A DNA stretch of 64,000 nt from an uncultured Verrucomicrobiae bacterium (GCA_963762565.1 CAVXLD010000007.1:32001-96000), one strand, 5' to 3'. Positions 1 through 10,431 are shown, numbered from the stretch's first letter. Notes: generated by a model from the sequence alone, not told the origin. Numbers and translations: made by a program.

Positions 1-1550
1 CAACGTTGCGCCGCCGGCTCCAGCAGCAGATTGCTCGTTGGCAGGGCGGCAGCGAACCGCAAATCCTTGATAATACAACACTGGACCTTGCGGTTGCCAT
101 TGGAGCCGCAAGCTTTGGCGGGATTATCTATCGACGCGCCCAGCGCATCGAGGCCGGGGCAGCCCGCGCCATTTATCTCGAGGTGCGCAGACGGACCCGG
201 GAAGAAAACCCGCTTCTTGTCTGTCTTCTGCCCCGGAACGCGCCATCGGAAGAAGAATATCGAATTTCTCAACCTGGGCTAGAGCTTCGGGTAAATCGTC
301 TGGTTAGGTTCCACCCTTATTACTCGGCGCGAGGGGACCCAAGCCACAAAGCCGGCTCCCTGGTAACTTGGAATGACCGCGATTTCCAACCATTACCTCC
401 GCTCCAAACCACTGCTCGAATTACGGGTCCCGCTCCAAACGACAACCAGCTTCCAGTCACCCTGACTGCCCGAATGAACGAGCTCGGTTTGCTTCGGGTT
501 GCCTGCATCAGCGCAAATCCATCAATACAAAAATCATGGTTGCTTGAGTTCGATCTTCGCCCCCACCTGCTTGAGGACGGAGACTCGGAACAGATTGATA
601 CCGCGGCCGATCTGGGAACTGACCCGACCAAATTGGATGCTGCGCTCCACCGTATCACAACGCTCTTTTCACGGCCTTTGGACGGGCGCGACAAGCTCAC
701 TGCCAATCATCTTCTCAAAAGCCTCGAAAAGATTCTCGGAATGCCCAGAGCTGATTGGAATCTGCTGCTGATTCGGTCACTGTGGCCCGCTCTTAGCGAG
801 AGCTTTTCTTGCCGCGAAGAATCAAGCGAACACGAGGAAGCATGGTTGATCCTGGCCGGGTTTCTTCTTCGGCCCGGATTCGGAGGAGAAGGGGATACCG
901 CGCGGATCGACGACCTGTGGCGGCTTCACACGAGCAAACTCGCTTATCCCGGGAAACGCAGCCAAATTCAGCAGTATATCCTCTGGAGACGGGTTGCCGG
1001 CGGCCTGACCCAGGAGCGACAGGAGCTGATCCTGGCTCCGGAACTGCGAAGCCTGCGCCTAAAGAAAAATCTGCCTGCGGAGTTTGTTCGGCTTGTCGGC
1101 TCACTCGAAAGAATCGGCTCGAACCTGAAAACGGAGATGATCGATCTCTTTCTGGAGACCGCACCCGAACTGGCCATCACGAAACAATACACCGCACCTT
1201 ATCTGGTGGCGCTTGGGCTACTTCTGAATCGTACACCGTTTTACGCCGGTCCGGATTGCGTTGTTCCACCGGTGCAAGTGGAACGAGCATTCGAAGCGTT
1301 ATCGGATCTCGATTGGAGCGCACCCGAATTAGCGGAGGTACAGACCCTTTTTCTCCGCGCCGGACGGATCGTGGACGACCCAGCCATTGATCTGCCAAAA
1401 GGGCTCCGGGAAAAGATCGTTTCGAAACTGGCGAAATCCGGGGTTGCCGAGGTCAAGCTCGGAAGACTCCGCAAGTTTATACCAATCGCCGGATCGGAGC
1501 GCACCAGTCTCTTCGGTGAATCTCTTCCGCCCGGTCTGATGATTAGCTAA
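1..1550 (+). CDS. Hsp70/DnaK-like protein, C-terminal part with DUF3731-like domain (5' end outside window)
   Basis: Long ORF from the window edge; DLAVAIGAA resembles the Hsp70 ATPase-end motif; tail LAGFLLRPGFG/ILWRRVAGGL/FGESLPPGL typical of DUF3731. Confidence 0.8.
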   Translation, partial: TLRRRLQQQIARWQGGSEPQILDNTTLDLAVAIGAASFGGIIYRRAQRIEAGAARAIYLEVRRRTREENPLLVCLLPRNAPSEEEYRISQPGLELRVNRLVRFHPYYSARGDPSHKAGSLVTWNDRDFQPLPPLQTTARITGPAPNDNQLPVTLTARMNELGLLRVACISANPSIQKSWLLEFDLRPHLLEDGDSEQIDTAADLGTDPTKLDAALHRITTLFSRPLDGRDKLTANHLLKSLEKILGMPRADWNLLLIRSLWPALSESFSCREESSEHEEAWLILAGFLLRPGFGGEGDTARIDDLWRLHTSKLAYPGKRSQIQQYILWRRVAGGLTQERQELILAPELRSLRLKKNLPAEFVRLVGSLERIGSNLKTEMIDLFLETAPELAITKQYTAPYLVALGLLLNRTPFYAGPDCVVPPVQVERAFEALSDLDWSAPELAEVQTLFLRAGRIVDDPAIDLPKGLREKIVSKLAKSGVAEVKLGRLRKFIPIAGSERTSLFGESLPPGLMIS

Positions 1551-1710
1551 CGCGTACGCCTTGACCCGGAACCGAACCTCAGGCCGAAGCTTTCAAGCTC
1601 CACCTCGAGGATGTCGGCGAGTTGACCCCTGGAAGGAGGGATGCACACCGCGCGATCCGTATCTACCGCTGAACCCATGGGGATTAGGATCCCGATTCTG
1701 GTCTAAACCC

Positions 1711-2732
1711 CGGCACGAGAAGCTTCTGGATGACACCGAAGCTCTCCTCTATTGTGATCATCAATTTGATCGCCAATTTGTCATTTCTTTATCATAAATC
1801 CGACAAACACGCGGTGACTTGCTTGACTGATCCTGATCATCTCGTGGGGGGGGGGGTGGGTGGGGTGGGTGGGGGGTGGGGGGTTGTTGGGTGAGTGGGT
1901 TGTTAGTGTGTGGGGGGGTGGGGGGGTGAGAAATATGTGTGTTGAGAGTGGTTGTGGTTGGTTGTTGTTGGGAGAAGGTTAGTTTGAGGTAGAGGGTGAG
2001 TGATTTAGATGAAAAAAATAGGGGTAAAGGTAGAGATTTTTTTTGTTGAGTTTGGTGTTAGGAGAGAGAGTGTAGTGATAGTTTCTATGTGAAAGGATTT
2101 AATTGTTAGATTGTGAGGGATGATGTTTTGTTGGGTGCATGGCATAAAAAAGGGTGTGAAAAAGTGAATGAAGGAGGTGAGAAGAGAATGGTGTGAGATT
2201 TGGGGTGTTATGTGCTGGTGTGGCTAGTTATGGTATGATTGCGATGGATATCTCTGTGGTGGCGAGTAGGAAGAGCGTGTATGTGACTGTGGTTTGTGTT
2301 GGTTTGTGGTGGGTAGTGGTTGTGTTTTTTGAGGGTTTCTACTTGGTTTTCGACTGTATTTAGATAAGAGGGAGAGGAGAGATTTCTGGGTATGTTAGTG
2401 TTTGTGAAGTTTCTTGGTTATATGACTGCTGTGTTTCGCGACGTCTTTTTCGCTAAGTTCGATGATTGGTTTAAAGAGCGACACGGTACATTTAGAGGTA
2501 CTTTGGTAGACACTTTTTACAATGTGTTGCTAAGTTGTTATAGGTTAACAACGAAGAGGTGTCGCGAACAGCACGCGAGCTCTTTGCGTCAAATCTCGGC
2601 ACGAGTAAGCTTCTGGATGATACCGAAGCTCTCCTCTATTGTGATCATCAATTTGATCGCCAATTTGTCATTTCTTTATCATAAATCCGACAAACCCCGC
2701 GGTGACTCGCATTGACTGATCCTGATCATCTC
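1711..2732. repeat. About 133-bp direct repeat (1711-1843, 2597-2732) enclosing a C-poor G/T low-complexity tract; probable sequencing/assembly artefact
   Basis: cggcacgag...ttgactgatcctgatcatctc occurs twice; the intervening DNA begins with poly-G/GT runs and lacks genomic composition. Confidence 0.8.
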
Positions 2733-3496
2733 AAATCCGCTGCCGAGTATCTGCTTCAAGTCGCGCGCAGCTCTGAAGGCCGCCGCTACCGCAAGCAGCC
2801 CAAGATCGACGCATTGAGAGAGTATAAGGACGAGATCCTGGAGGCGCACCGCTGGGCCGCTAGCGCGGCTGTGAGAGGTGAGAAGTGATTAGTGAGAAGT
2901 GAGAGGGGGAGGGGATTGGTGAAACGTGAAAAGTGAAAGGCTGAGAAATGATTAGTGAACGGTGATTGATCAGCGTCCACCGGATCGCACAGATTTTCAG
3001 GGAACGTGGTGTTGATATCTCCGTGCCCCATTTGGTGCGTACCGTCCGGCGTTTTGTCGACGAAGAAGAGCGGGCCGGTAAGGGGGCACCCGCTCCACTC
3101 CATCTAGCGAGTCCTATGGCAAAGGAACGCCAACCGGAATCGTCTGCCGCTGAAGCAACGAAGCCAAAGGCCCCGGTCACGTACCAGGTTTCTGAGCAAC
3201 CCAGCAGCAAAGTCCAGGAGGAGGAATTTGCGAAGCAATTGCGGCTGGCGCGCTACCTCGCCGCGGGAGGCTCGCAGCCATCGCGGCCGCTAGAGGTGGC
3301 TCGCCAGCCAAGAACGCCTAAACGAGATCGACCCATTGCAAAGGCGGAGGCTAAAACCAAGGCGGAAAGGCTGGCTAAGAAAGCTCGGGAGGAAGAATTG
3401 GCGAAAGAAAGGCGGCGGGCGGGACGGGTGGGTCAGAAGTTGCCTTCATCTGGTTCGGGGCGAGGGGAGAAGGAGCGATCGCGGCCCAGTCGTTAG
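2712..3496 (+). other. Split TraK/StbA-like HTH gene, copy 1 (N-half 2712-2852, insert 2853-2965, C-half 2966-3496)
   Basis: LTDPDHLKSAAEYLL...KIDALREYKDEILEAHR, then hairpin plus heptamer array, then ISVHRIAQIFRERGVDISVPHLVRTVRRF; family by resemblance only. Confidence 0.6.
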
Positions 3497-3722
3497 ATTA
3501 ATTAAAAGCTGGTCCATAAATAACCGCGACTTCGACCGGGCTACAGAAGCCGGAAAGGGAAGTAGAAAGCTCGAAGGAGAAGGGAAGACCGACTCCCGCA
3601 AATGGCGAGCGACATCTAAAGCCCAATCCCTCGCGGGATCGGCTTCCGGATACGCAAAGGGACTCAATAGAGTCCCTTTTGTAGTGGCTCCTCGACAACG
3701 CCGCTAAAATCGTTCCGCAAGG

Positions 3723-3862
3723 TTTACGCCTTGAGAACCCGTGCACCGGCCGATACTACTTTCTCACGCTGCCTCTAATTGCGATTGTTGCAGCTGCAAC
3801 CGCCAAGAGCGCCGAGATGATCAGCGCGGCGCGCAGTCCGGACAAGTCCTGGGCCGCCCCAG
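3723..3862 (-). pseudogene. Possible C-terminal remnant of a membrane (MFS-like) transporter
   Basis: Minus strand reads AAQDLSGLRAALIISALLAVAAATIAIRG..., with no start. Confidence 0.35.
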
Positions 3863-3932
3863 CTTTTCCGTGGTTACCGGCGCCGCGAGGGCAGCTGGTG
3901 TTACCTAACAGCTTCTGTAACCAGGCCGGGGG

Positions 3933-4847
3933 TCAATGAATGTCCGGTGACAACAGAAGCGCGCGCTCCTCCGGGGCTCGTCCGGTCGCGACGAGCCAGC
4001 AACCCGTCAGCGCGCCGGCCTTCGGCTCGAGAATGGGGAGGCCTGTTTTTTTGGAAAGTAACGCGCGTAGAGGCGAGACGAGACCACCCGCCGCGAAAAG
4101 TGGCACATCCGGACCCGCGATGACGGCAATCAACGCCGCAAGATGCTCGACCGCGCGATCCCGTATGCGTCGAGCAGCCTCATCGCCCGCGACAGCCTGT
4201 TCGAGCACCAACGGCGCGAGTGCGGCCAGGCGGTCCGGGCCGAGGTCCCGCATCCATCCCGCGCGCAGCTTCTCGACGCCGCCGATCGCGCGAAGAGTCT
4301 CGCGGCTGAGCGCGTCTTTCGGCACAACGCCGTCGATTGCGGCGAAACAATGGCGCAACGCCTTCCGGCCAATCCAACTCCCCCCTCCCCGATCCCCGCC
4401 GATCCATCCCCATGCACCGCGCTGGATCGAAAGGCCATTGGCGTACAACCGATGTCCAGCGACGCCCGTGCCAATGATCAACAGACTGCAAGGCGCCCCG
4501 AAGTCCGCTCCGATGAGTGCCGCATACCCATCGCTCATCAAGCAAGACCGCACGAAGGGTGGACAAGCGGCCAAAAAGTCCTTGCCGACGTCGATGTAGG
4601 CTCCAGCTGCGCCAACCGCAAAGACGACCCCTTCAAACTGGTCCTTGGGTCGGTCGATAATAGAGCAGCAGTGCCTCCACAGATCGACGACGCTCGCAGC
4701 AGCACCCTCCAGATTCGTCGATGGATTGCATGGACCTCCCTTCGCCTCGGCGAACACTGTTCCCTCGATGTCCACGAACCGTGCTCGGCTGCGGGAGCCG
4801 CCGCCGTCCACGCAGAAGTATAATTCGCCTTTTCCAGCTTGGATCAT
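3933..4847 (-). CDS. BadF/BadG/BcrA/BcrD-type ATPase (amino-sugar kinase-like)
   Basis: VDGGGS, SDGYAALIGA, IIGTG and GAWGWIGGDRGGGSWIG motifs; divergent from murQ. Confidence 0.88.
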   Translation of the reverse strand: MIQAGKGELYFCVDGGGSRSRARFVDIEGTVFAEAKGGPCNPSTNLEGAAASVVDLWRHCCSIIDRPKDQFEGVVFAVGAAGAYIDVGKDFLAACPPFVRSCLMSDGYAALIGADFGAPCSLLIIGTGVAGHRLYANGLSIQRGAWGWIGGDRGGGSWIGRKALRHCFAAIDGVVPKDALSRETLRAIGGVEKLRAGWMRDLGPDRLAALAPLVLEQAVAGDEAARRIRDRAVEHLAALIAVIAGPDVPLFAAGGLVSPLRALLSKKTGLPILEPKAGALTGCWLVATGRAPEERALLLSPDIH

Positions 4848-4889
4848 GCGCAAAAATCAGCGTTTTCAAAAGCGCCGGACGGGCCACGG

Positions 4890-5000
4890 GTCTGGCGAAC
4901 CAGCTCGGGAATGTTGAGCAGGTTGAGAATGCCGCCACCACGGTCAGGATCAACGCGCCGATAATGGTGCCCGAATATCCACCGCGACCTTCCGCCGGCG
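4890..5000 (-). pseudogene. Sugar ABC permease C-terminal remnant (frameshifted)
   Basis: GRGGYSGTIIGALILTV continues in another frame as ILNLLNIPELVRQ. Confidence 0.6.
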
Positions 5001-5290
5001 TCCGCAACGCGCCTCATCGAAGGTCTAAAGACAGATGCTCCAATGTTCGACTGTAATCCCATGTGAGCCCTCATTAGAGAACCGTTGCAACGCGTGTCAA
5101 ATTTGAATGCCACGAAGCCGCCCTTCGATCCCGGAAGCAGGCTACCAACACCGGCAGGATAGCGGGCCTAGAAATTATTTTCAAGACTTGCCAACGATAT
5201 GAAAAAACTTGATGAGCCGCTTCCTGCTGCCTATGGTCCGCTCGTTCGCGTCATTTTGCGCGCGACATCAATCACCAGGGAGAAATTAAG

Positions 5291-5476
5291 ATGGCAGTGC
5301 GGCGAACCGGGGTTTCCGTGGTGTTAGCGGTTGGACTTTGCGGACTGAAGCTCGCGATTTCGGCACGCGTTCTCGCCCAGGGCAAGAAGGAGGCGCAAGG
5401 ACTCGAGGCTGGCTACGAGAAACCGGTCGGCCCTACTGCTCCGGGCAGCATCCTGCCAAAAAGGGAGTCCACCTGA
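5291..5476 (+). CDS. Short signal-peptide-like ORF, possibly a truncated secreted protein
   Basis: Basic/hydrophobic N-terminus ending VLA-Q; stop overlaps the murQ ATG. Confidence 0.35.
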   Translation: MAVRRTGVSVVLAVGLCGLKLAISARVLAQGKKEAQGLEAGYEKPVGPTAPGSILPKREST

Positions 5477-6411
5477 TGGCCGTCTCGCCCGCAGAGTATC
5501 GGGCCCTCATGTCAGAGCTCGAGCATCTGATCTCCGAGGAGCGAAATCGGAATACTATGGAAATCGACCTGCTATCCACTGCAGAGCTTCTACGCGCCAT
5601 TAATCGCGAGGACAGATCGGTGCCGGATGCGGTCGGAAAAGTGATCGCGGAAATTACTCGCGCCGTTGACCGCATTGTTGATGCCTTAGGGAAGGGCGGG
5701 CGGCTCATCTATATGGGGGCGGGCACTAGCGGACGGTTGGGCGTTCTAGATGCTGCTGAATGTCCCCCGACCTTCAGCGTTCCCAGTGACATGGTAATAG
5801 GTTTGATTGCCGGCGGCGCGGATGCTCTTGCGAGAGCAACAGAAGGCGCCGAGGACGATTCCGAAGAGGGCGTGGCGGCGCTAAAGGGCGTCGGCCTAAC
5901 CCCAAAGGACGTTGTCGTCGGCATTGCCGTCAGCGGCCGAACACCGTATGTAGTGGGCGGGCTGACCTATGCCAAAGCCCTTGGCGCGACGACGGTCGCC
6001 CTGTCTTGCAATCAAGACTCCGCCATCGCGCACATCGCCGACATCGCTATCTTGCCTGTAGTCGGGCCCGAGGTTCTGGCTGGCTCGACCCGTTTGAAAT
6101 CCGGTACGGCGCAAAAGCTTGTGCTCAATATGCTTACGACTGCGAGCATGATTCGCCTGGGAAAGTGCTACCAGAACCTGATGGTTGACCTTAATCCGAC
6201 CAACATGAAGCTCATTGCCCGGGCGGCGCGCATCGTCATGCTGGCAACGGGTTGCGCAGCGGAGCAGGCCCAAGAGGCGCTCAAGCGGACAGACAACGAT
6301 GTCAAGCTCGCGATCCTGATGACGGTTACTGGTATGCCTATCGAAGAGGCTAAGTTGGCTCTACGTAGCGCAGCCGGCTTCCTTCGTAAGGCGATTGCTG
6401 ACTCGATCTAA
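5476..6411 (+). CDS. murQ: N-acetylmuramic acid 6-phosphate etherase
   Basis: [38 protein letters not shown] and NLMVD motifs; GGGAG RBS upstream of ATG 5476. Confidence 0.96.
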   Translation: MAVSPAEYRALMSELEHLISEERNRNTMEIDLLSTAELLRAINREDRSVPDAVGKVIAEITRAVDRIVDALGKGGRLIYMGAGTSGRLGVLDAAECPPTFSVPSDMVIGLIAGGADALARATEGAEDDSEEGVAALKGVGLTPKDVVVGIAVSGRTPYVVGGLTYAKALGATTVALSCNQDSAIAHIADIAILPVVGPEVLAGSTRLKSGTAQKLVLNMLTTASMIRLGKCYQNLMVDLNPTNMKLIARAARIVMLATGCAAEQAQEALKRTDNDVKLAILMTVTGMPIEEAKLALRSAAGFLRKAIADSI

Positions 6412-6805
6412 CAACAATGAGGATCAACGGACCATGGAAAGTCCAGGGGGCCAAGGGTCAGGTGCTAAGTTTCAAGTTTCAGAATTCCGCTCGCTCCTGC
6501 ATCCTCGAATCCCCATCTCCCATAGTATGGGATAGAAAGGTTTATATCATCGACGCGAAAAGCGGAAGCAAGGCTGAAAAAGCCTGCAGACCATGCCGAC
6601 GACTGAAGAAAGGAAGGTTGAGGGAAGGACTCCGGTTACCTACCAGTTCCTGACCAGCCTTCCAGTCGGGTCCGGGAGCAGAAGTTGGCGAAGGAATGGC
6701 GCCGCGGCCGGCAGGCGGTTCACGAATCTGACCTAACGTTCATCCGAAATTGACTCAGCGGACTACTCAGGCCCTCAGATTTTTTTTTGAAAAAATTAGC
6801 CTGAC

Positions 6806-7051
6806 TTACCCGGTCTGACTTTCTATTTCGCGAAAGGTTCTCAACTTCAGTTCCACGCCCGTGATCTGGTCCATCTGGTCCGGACCAACAACCTCGATTT
6901 GCCCAGGCGCCCTTTCGAAAACGAGTCGCATGGAGGGGGTGACCCAAACGTGCTCGCGAGTTCTCACGTAGATCGAGTCACCGCCAACTCGGTGTATGGT
7001 AAACGGCTGCCATTCTCTGGCTCTTAGAAGTTCCCGAATTCGTTCGATCAT
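6806..7051 (-). CDS. Small hypothetical protein (81 aa); 3' end repeated as a remnant at about 9615-9695
   Basis: IRELLRAREWQPFTIH pattern; the second copy encodes ITGVEEKPITFSEIESQTG*. Confidence 0.65.
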   Translation of the reverse strand: MIERIRELLRAREWQPFTIHRVGGDSIYVRTREHVWVTPSMRLVFERAPGQIEVVGPDQMDQITGVELKLRTFREIESQTG

Positions 7052-7618
7052 ACGATATCGCTACGCCCGGAAGGGAATTCCAACAAGGATGGCGGCTTCC
7101 GTGACCCGAAAACTCGCGCAGCAATCACGACGAGCTTTTGGTCGGTTTATACGAGCAGCAGGGGCATCTTCTTTATTTTGGATCGGTTGACGTGGATTCT
7201 GAGCAAAAGCGCGAGGGACCCCAAAGGACAAAGTGATTCGCATTGACTGATCTTGATCATCTCAGTCCGCTCGCCGATTTTTCCGATCCTGGCTTCCACA
7301 ATGGCCGTGACGGCTTTCTCCAAGCATCTCGTGCTCCTTGCCGGTCAGCTTCTCGTATCTTGACGACTCCGGGGATCTGCACACGGATGGGAGTCTCCAA
7401 GAAACGATCGATTGATTCCCGCAACTCTCCGAAGCGCTAGCCATTTTCGACTTGAAAAGCTCCGTACTTCTAGCTTGACAAAGTCTTTCCGTAACTCATT
7501 TCTCTTGCCGAACGCCAAACTGGGGTGACAACGATGCGGTGTAGGCTCTACGAGTTGACCAAGTCATGACCAGAGAATCTCCGTTCTGCAGCGAATCAAT
7601 AGAGGACTCCCGACCGGC

Positions 7619-8605
7619 ATGATCACCGAAGTGCAACCGAACGAAACCTTGGACGGTCGATTGCAAATCGAGGGCGTGATTAGCCGCAGCGGAATGGCAT
7701 CCATTTACAAGGCAAAGGATCTTATGACCGGCCGGGCTGTTGCGGTGAAGATTCCCTACCAACAGTTTGAATCAGATCCGGCTTCGTTCGCGCGTTTTCA
7801 GCGCGAGGCGGAGATTGGCAAAAAGCTCAACCACCCTAATATCCTTCGACTCCTGGATGTCGGTGAACATAGCCGCCCCTACATTGTGATGGAGTATTTA
7901 GAGGGTAAGACCCTGGACCGGGTGATGAACAAAATCCCCTCGCTGCCGATTTCGGGTGCCGCCCAAATCGCGAGCCAGGTCTGCGGCGCACTCGCCTACA
8001 TGCACGAGCATAAGATCGTGCATCGCGACCTTAAGCCCCAGAACATTATGATCTGCAACGACGGGTCGCTGCGGATCATGGACTTCGGCATTGCGAAGTC
8101 CACCGACATGCGGCGGATTACCTTTGCCGGCTTCAGCCCGGCCATGGGCACCCCTGATTATATGGCCCCGGAACAAGTCCAAGGAAAGCGGGGTGACGAA
8201 CGCACCGATATTTACAGCCTCGGCGCGGTGCTTTACGAAATGGCAACAGGCTCGGTCCCGTTCGAAGGCGAAAATCCATTCATCGTGATGAACTCGCGGA
8301 TTACGGGTGATCCAATCGCGCCGCGAAAGCTCAATCGCGAGATTCCGAAAGAAATCGAGGAAATCATCCTGCACGCCATGGAGCGTGAACCACATCGTCG
8401 CTACGCATCGGCTGCCGCCATGAAAGCGGAGCTGGATAACCCTGATGCAGTGAAGCTGACTGGTCGGCATCAACACTTGCAATCGGTCCAGGGTTGGAAA
8501 ACGCGTTGGCAGGGCTCCAAGCCCATTATTCTATCCGCGCTCGTCTCGGTGCTCGTGTTCTTGATAGGGTTTATTCTGGTTCGCTGCCACGGTGCTCCCC
8601 ATTAG
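7619..8605 (+). CDS. Hanks-type Ser/Thr protein kinase with C-terminal TM helix
   Basis: VAVK, HRDLKPQN, DFG, GTPDYMAPE, DIYSLG motifs; hydrophobic tail. Confidence 0.95.
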   Translation: MITEVQPNETLDGRLQIEGVISRSGMASIYKAKDLMTGRAVAVKIPYQQFESDPASFARFQREAEIGKKLNHPNILRLLDVGEHSRPYIVMEYLEGKTLDRVMNKIPSLPISGAAQIASQVCGALAYMHEHKIVHRDLKPQNIMICNDGSLRIMDFGIAKSTDMRRITFAGFSPAMGTPDYMAPEQVQGKRGDERTDIYSLGAVLYEMATGSVPFEGENPFIVMNSRITGDPIAPRKLNREIPKEIEEIILHAMEREPHRRYASAAAMKAELDNPDAVKLTGRHQHLQSVQGWKTRWQGSKPIILSALVSVLVFLIGFILVRCHGAPH

Positions 8606-8690
8606 TTGTGCTTCGTGGGCTGATGCTAGAGAAACTGACCGCTAACGGACGGGTCGATCTAAAGTCCAATCTCGGGCGAAAGGAGGTGGG

Positions 8691-9410
8691 TTAGCGGAGG
8701 GCGAACAAGCCCCAGTTTGTCGCTGATTGGGCTTCAATCGGATGAACGTCGGGGATGAATTGCTTCATGAAGCTCGTAGGATCGGTGGACGGCTTGTTCT
8801 GAGCTCTATCCGTTCGCTGCATCTCGGCAATTTCGATGCCAAGCCTTTCTAGTAAAGCGCATCTTAAGAGGTTGTCTCTCTCAGCGCGAGTCAGGTTTGG
8901 GTATCGCTTTGCCATCTTCACACCGGCTTCTTTTTGGCTGATCTTTCGCTCGAACATTAGATTTGCGATTGGACCAGCGGCGAGTCGCTTGTCGTAATCC
9001 TGTCTGTCCAGGGCTCGGAAAGTCTCGGAAGCCAAATCGGCGTAGATCTCTTCGTCTGGCTTTTGAAACTGCGGAATCTTCATACGCTCCAGCGCCCAAT
9101 TCACCATGATCGCGCCTCTGGCGATTTCTTGGGTGACTCTGTTCAGGAGGGTTCGGTAACTGCTGTTTTCACCGATCCTATACGGAAACAGATTTTGGGC
9201 ATCGGCTCTCAAGATCTCGGCTAGGGCCATGGCTGCCTGGTGCGTGTTTTGTGCTTCGGGAACATACACCGTATAGATTAAATCGCGCTCTAGCCACAGG
9301 AACAGGTCGGTATTGATGGATTTGTCCGCGTTTGTGACACGGATAGAGAGCTTCTCGGAATCGAAGGGTTCGATTTGGAAACTCGTTTTCTCAAATTGAA
9401 AGGTTTCCAT
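8691..9410 (-). CDS. Hypothetical protein (239 aa)
   Basis: Long ORF with globular-protein composition; no motif recognised. Confidence 0.7.
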   Translation of the reverse strand: METFQFEKTSFQIEPFDSEKLSIRVTNADKSINTDLFLWLERDLIYTVYVPEAQNTHQAAMALAEILRADAQNLFPYRIGENSSYRTLLNRVTQEIARGAIMVNWALERMKIPQFQKPDEEIYADLASETFRALDRQDYDKRLAAGPIANLMFERKISQKEAGVKMAKRYPNLTRAERDNLLRCALLERLGIEIAEMQRTDRAQNKPSTDPTSFMKQFIPDVHPIEAQSATNWGLFALR

Positions 9411-9699
9411 TTTCTTTGCGGCGTACTGCGAGGCTGTTTCCAGCTTTCGTGCTTTATAGCTGAATGGGCCAGCATCTGTGGTCAGGCTGATTTTGCAATC
9501 AACATCTGTTTTGACTATAGCCTTGTTGCCCCGGTGCGAGAATTTCCTCCGACGCGTCCCGTTGTGCGAAACCGGATTGCGCCCTGCGTTAGAGGAGCAG
9601 AGTTTCCTTTGGAAAAAAGAACTAACCTAATTTACCCAGTCTGACTCTCAATCTCGCTGAAGGTTATCGGCTTCTCTTCGACGCCCGTGATCGCTGCGA

Positions 9700-10015
9700 T
9701 CATTTTCCTGGGTTGAGAAGCGGTCTACCAGGCTCCCAATCTCCGCTTTTGATCGCAGCTCCAAGTGCAAGGGCAGCCCTGCCGTTCGACAGGATCACAA
9801 AGCGGTACAAAAGGTTTTCGTGAATGTACCGGCGAACAAAAGCATCCATTTGGTGGCGGCCTGAGGCGATTGCAGTGATCTCCTCATGCGATAGGCTCGG
9901 GAGGACAAATCGATCAGCCACGTAAACGCAGAACTGATCGCCGCTGCGGCGACCACTGGCATGGCTTTTCAGACGCGTATAATGCCCAGCGGTTTGTCTC
10001 GATAAACTGTGTCGG
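9700..10015 (-). pseudogene. 5'-truncated conserved hypothetical, possibly GIY-YIG-like
   Basis: YTRLKSHASGRRSGDQFCVYVADRFVLP...RPLLNP; ends where the repeat family begins at about 10025. Confidence 0.5.
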
Positions 10016-10028
10016 GTGGTGAGAATGC

Positions 10029-10431
10029 AAGGAGGAGATCCTGGAAGCGCACTGCTGGGCCGCTGACGCGGCCGTGATTGGTGAGATGAGCAAGCGAAGC
10101 GAGTCGAATGGGTGAAAGGTGGACTCGTGATTGGTAATCCGATCGAAGCGACATGACCAAAGCGGCGAACTCTCCGGACCGCCCAGTAGCCGACAGGCTT
10201 GGCTGATCGTCAGAGGGATCTCACAACTGATTTTCAAGACGTTGCGTCATATTTCCAACCCATTTTGCTTTTTGTGAGCGAGGAACGAGCGAGCAATAAT
10301 CGAAAGCAAAATACAGCTACCCTTCTGCGCGGAGCGGAGGCGAACTCAAGCTTAAAACGGAATAAATGGGGGTAGCCCGTAGGGGGCAACGTTTATGCCG
10401 GATTTGAGCTTGAACTCGCTGGAGCGGAGCG
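10029..10431 (+). repeat. Repeat family member: EAH tail, hairpin/heptamers and about 305-bp structured non-coding module
   Basis: Aligns by eye with 17138-17533; contains a long imperfect palindrome at 10340-10419. Confidence 0.85.

Noticed and set aside
1844..1930. G-quadruplex or telomere-like tract
   Set aside because: Irregular, and part of the probable artefact
2392..2715. 107-aa ORF from the track
   Set aside because: Lies mostly in the low-complexity artefact-like tract
10340..10419. Palindrome as a classical integron attC site
   Set aside because: No clear RYYYAAC/GTTRRRY ends, no cassette array and no integrase in the window
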